NCBI GenBank assembly: GCA_963422265.1
Contig: OY729416.1
Location: 1,312,001-1,376,000, forward strand
Reading direction: 5' to 3'
DNA length: 64,000 nt
Source: Thermodesulfobacteriota bacterium
GTDB taxonomy: Bacteria; Desulfobacterota_D; UBA1144; Nemesobacterales; UBA2774
The notes under the pieces were generated by a model. It did no database searches. It was not told the DNA's origin and was given only the letters and a program-made list of their open reading frames with translations. The position numbers and the translations under genes were made by a program. Of this stretch, positions 61,955 through 64,000 are shown one piece after another (position 1 is the first letter of the stretch; every line of letters begins with the position of its first letter).

Positions 61955-63655
61955 ATGGCATCAGCATCAGTGCAGGGTGGATGGCTTGTCGCTAAGACGC
62001 TGCGTGAGCTTGGCGTGAGAGACGTGTTTTCGCTGGGTGGTGGGCATATAAACCCCATTTATAAAGCTTGTTTGGATTGCGGCGTCAGGATTATAGATAC
62101 GCACCATGAGCAAGGGGCTTCTATGGCGGCGGACGCTTACGGCAGGGTAAGAAGAAAGCCGGGGGTTTGTCTAGTTACGGCCGGTCCCGGTTTTACTAAT
62201 GCTTTGACTGGGGTCGCCGGGGCTTATATGTCAAACGCGCCCTTTATTATAATTTCGGGAAGATCGGGAGTAGAGGAGAACGATAGGCTGTCTCTTCAGG
62301 AAATTGACCAGCAGGCTATGGTTGCTCCCATTACAAAGTGGGCAAGGACAGTATATGACCACAAACGCATTCCAGAGTATATATCCTCAGCTTATAAAAA
62401 AGCCATCTCAGACAGACCTGGACCAGTGTATCTCGGCATGTCCTACGAGGTGCTTTATCCTTATTGCAAAGAGGATGAAGTAGTGCCTTACAATACCACC
62501 GTCCCCGCTTATAAAATAGAAGCTCCCGATAGCGTAATAGAGGAGGCTGTTGGCATTTTGAAGTCATCGGAGAGACCAGTAGCCATAGCAGGGAGCGGCT
62601 CGTGGTATTCAGGGGCGGATAAGGAAATCGCCAGGCTTATCAATATTACGAATATGCCCTTGTTTACTTTAAATTTCGGAAGGGGAATTGTATCGGACGA
62701 TCACCCAGCGTGTTTTGGGGCAGCAAGTCCATCTGCCCCGAACGCGTTCAGAGAGATAACGTCGCAGGCTGATCTGATAGTCCTCTTGGGCGTAAGATTA
62801 AGTCTTTACATTGGTTTTGGACAAACTTTTAATCCCAACGCAAAAGTGATTCAGGTTGATATTGACCCTGCGGAAATTGGCAGAAATAGACCGGCCGATC
62901 TAGGGGTTGTGGGAGATCTGGGAAAAGTAGTGGCAAAAATAAATGATCGCATTCGAGAAGAGTCAACTAACTTTAATTATGGAACATGGTTAAAAAAAGC
63001 CCAAACGCTTAGGGATAAGGAATGGCGAAGGGTGGGTGATTTGATAAGCTCAGATAAAATCCCTATACATCCCGTCCGGGTTGTAAAAGCAGTTCAAGAC
63101 GTGCTTGGGGGAGATGGTATTTTTGTCATCGACGGAGGCGATACGCAATCGTGGGCAGATGGATGCTATCAAGTGAAGAATCCGGGACACTACGTGAAAG
63201 GTGGACCACTCGGCTGTATGGGAGTCGGTGTTCCTTTCGCAATTGGGGCAAAAACCGCCGTTCCCAATAGACAAGTCGCCCTCGTAAGCGGAGACGGAGC
63301 GATAGGGATGAACTTTATGGAGTATGAAACGGCTATCAAGCATAAAATCCCTTTTGTAGCCGTTGTTTGCAATGATCGGGCTTGGGGTATGACTAAGCAT
63401 CAACTTGAGATAACGTATGGCAAAGAAAGCCCTAAAATAGGGGTGGATCTCGAGTTTACGCCTTTTCACGAGGTAGTAAACGTTTTAGGCGGGTATGGAG
63501 AGCTTGTAACTGATCCTGCTGAATTAAGGGGAGCATTAGAGCGTGCTTTTTCTTCTGACCTTCCCGCTTTGCTAAACGTCGCTACTGACCCTGAAGTGGT
63601 AAGCGGGGCAACCCATGCGATAACGCAGATGATGATGTCCGTTAATAAAAGATGA
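61955..63655 (+). CDS. Thiamine-diphosphate-dependent enzyme (acetolactate synthase-like / 2-hydroxyacyl-CoA lyase family)
   Basis: GGAGG RBS; HEQGASMAADAY, TAGPG, GCMGVGVPFA, GDGAIG...CND. Confidence 0.88.
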   Translation: MASASVQGGWLVAKTLRELGVRDVFSLGGGHINPIYKACLDCGVRIIDTHHEQGASMAADAYGRVRRKPGVCLVTAGPGFTNALTGVAGAYMSNAPFIIISGRSGVEENDRLSLQEIDQQAMVAPITKWARTVYDHKRIPEYISSAYKKAISDRPGPVYLGMSYEVLYPYCKEDEVVPYNTTVPAYKIEAPDSVIEEAVGILKSSERPVAIAGSGSWYSGADKEIARLINITNMPLFTLNFGRGIVSDDHPACFGAASPSAPNAFREITSQADLIVLLGVRLSLYIGFGQTFNPNAKVIQVDIDPAEIGRNRPADLGVVGDLGKVVAKINDRIREESTNFNYGTWLKKAQTLRDKEWRRVGDLISSDKIPIHPVRVVKAVQDVLGGDGIFVIDGGDTQSWADGCYQVKNPGHYVKGGPLGCMGVGVPFAIGAKTAVPNRQVALVSGDGAIGMNFMEYETAIKHKIPFVAVVCNDRAWGMTKHQLEITYGKESPKIGVDLEFTPFHEVVNVLGGYGELVTDPAELRGALERAFSSDLPALLNVATDPEVVSGATHAITQMMMSVNKR

Positions 63656-63697
63656 TGGCGTATTATAATTTTATAATAGGTTTCTCGTGATCTCTCA

Positions 63698-64000
63698 TTA
63701 TTCCTGCGTTTTTAAGACGGCTAGAAACGCATCTTGAGGAATCTCTATCCTACCGACGTGCTTGAGACGTTTTTTCCCTTCCTTTTGCTTTTCAAGCAGT
63801 TTTCTTTTTCTAGTTACATCTCCCCCGTAGCATTTAGCCGTTACGTCCTTTCTGACTGGTTTAACCGATTCACGGGCGATGATGCGATTGCCTATTGAAG
63901 CTTGTATTATCACTTCATATAGTTGTCTTGGTATCAATGACCTTAACTTGGACGTTAATTCCCTTCCTCTCTCATATGCTCTGTCTTTATGAACTATTAT
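63698..64000 (-). CDS. lepA: Elongation factor 4, C-terminal part (gene runs off the window)
   Basis: [36 protein letters not shown]; frame open to 64000. Confidence 0.97.
   Translation of the reverse strand: MIVHKDRAYERGRELTSKLRSLIPRQLYEVIIQASIGNRIIARESVKPVRKDVTAKCYGGDVTRKRKLLEKQKEGKKRLKHVGRIEIPQDAFLAVLKTQE

Overview
Bacterial chromosomal window. A housekeeping backbone (aldehyde dehydrogenase, gltBD, nadE, thiI, tRNA-Leu(CAG), a sigma-70, fused AccA-AccD, iscA/erpA, ilvE, argC, iscS, trkA, lgt, rpmH-rnpA-yidD-yidC-jag, tadA, two paralogous acyl-CoA ligases, trpEG, PMM/PGM, nitrilase, ThDP enzyme, lepA 3' end) is interrupted by three accessory, probably defence-related islands. (1) A GC-rich gene pair at 7570-14569: a DUF1998-type SF2 helicase and a 930-aa partner ending in an Ig-like segment plus a domain resembling archaeal/eukaryotic ribosomal protein eL13. 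(2) An AT-rich type III-A CRISPR effector operon (cas10-csm2-5 plus a CARF-HEPN csm6) with no cas6, cas1/2 or array in the window, preceded by a lipoprotein gene with a structured leader. (3) A type III restriction-modification locus in which mod and res are both frameshifted. Between them sit two ~2.5-kb [mod 3' end - cargo - res 5' end] units in tandem, joined by an in-frame res/mod chimera at a ~20-bp microhomology. Cargo is an OLD-type ATPase/TOPRIM nuclease and an AAA ATPase plus small partner. All calls are from motif recognition by eye; no database searches were run.
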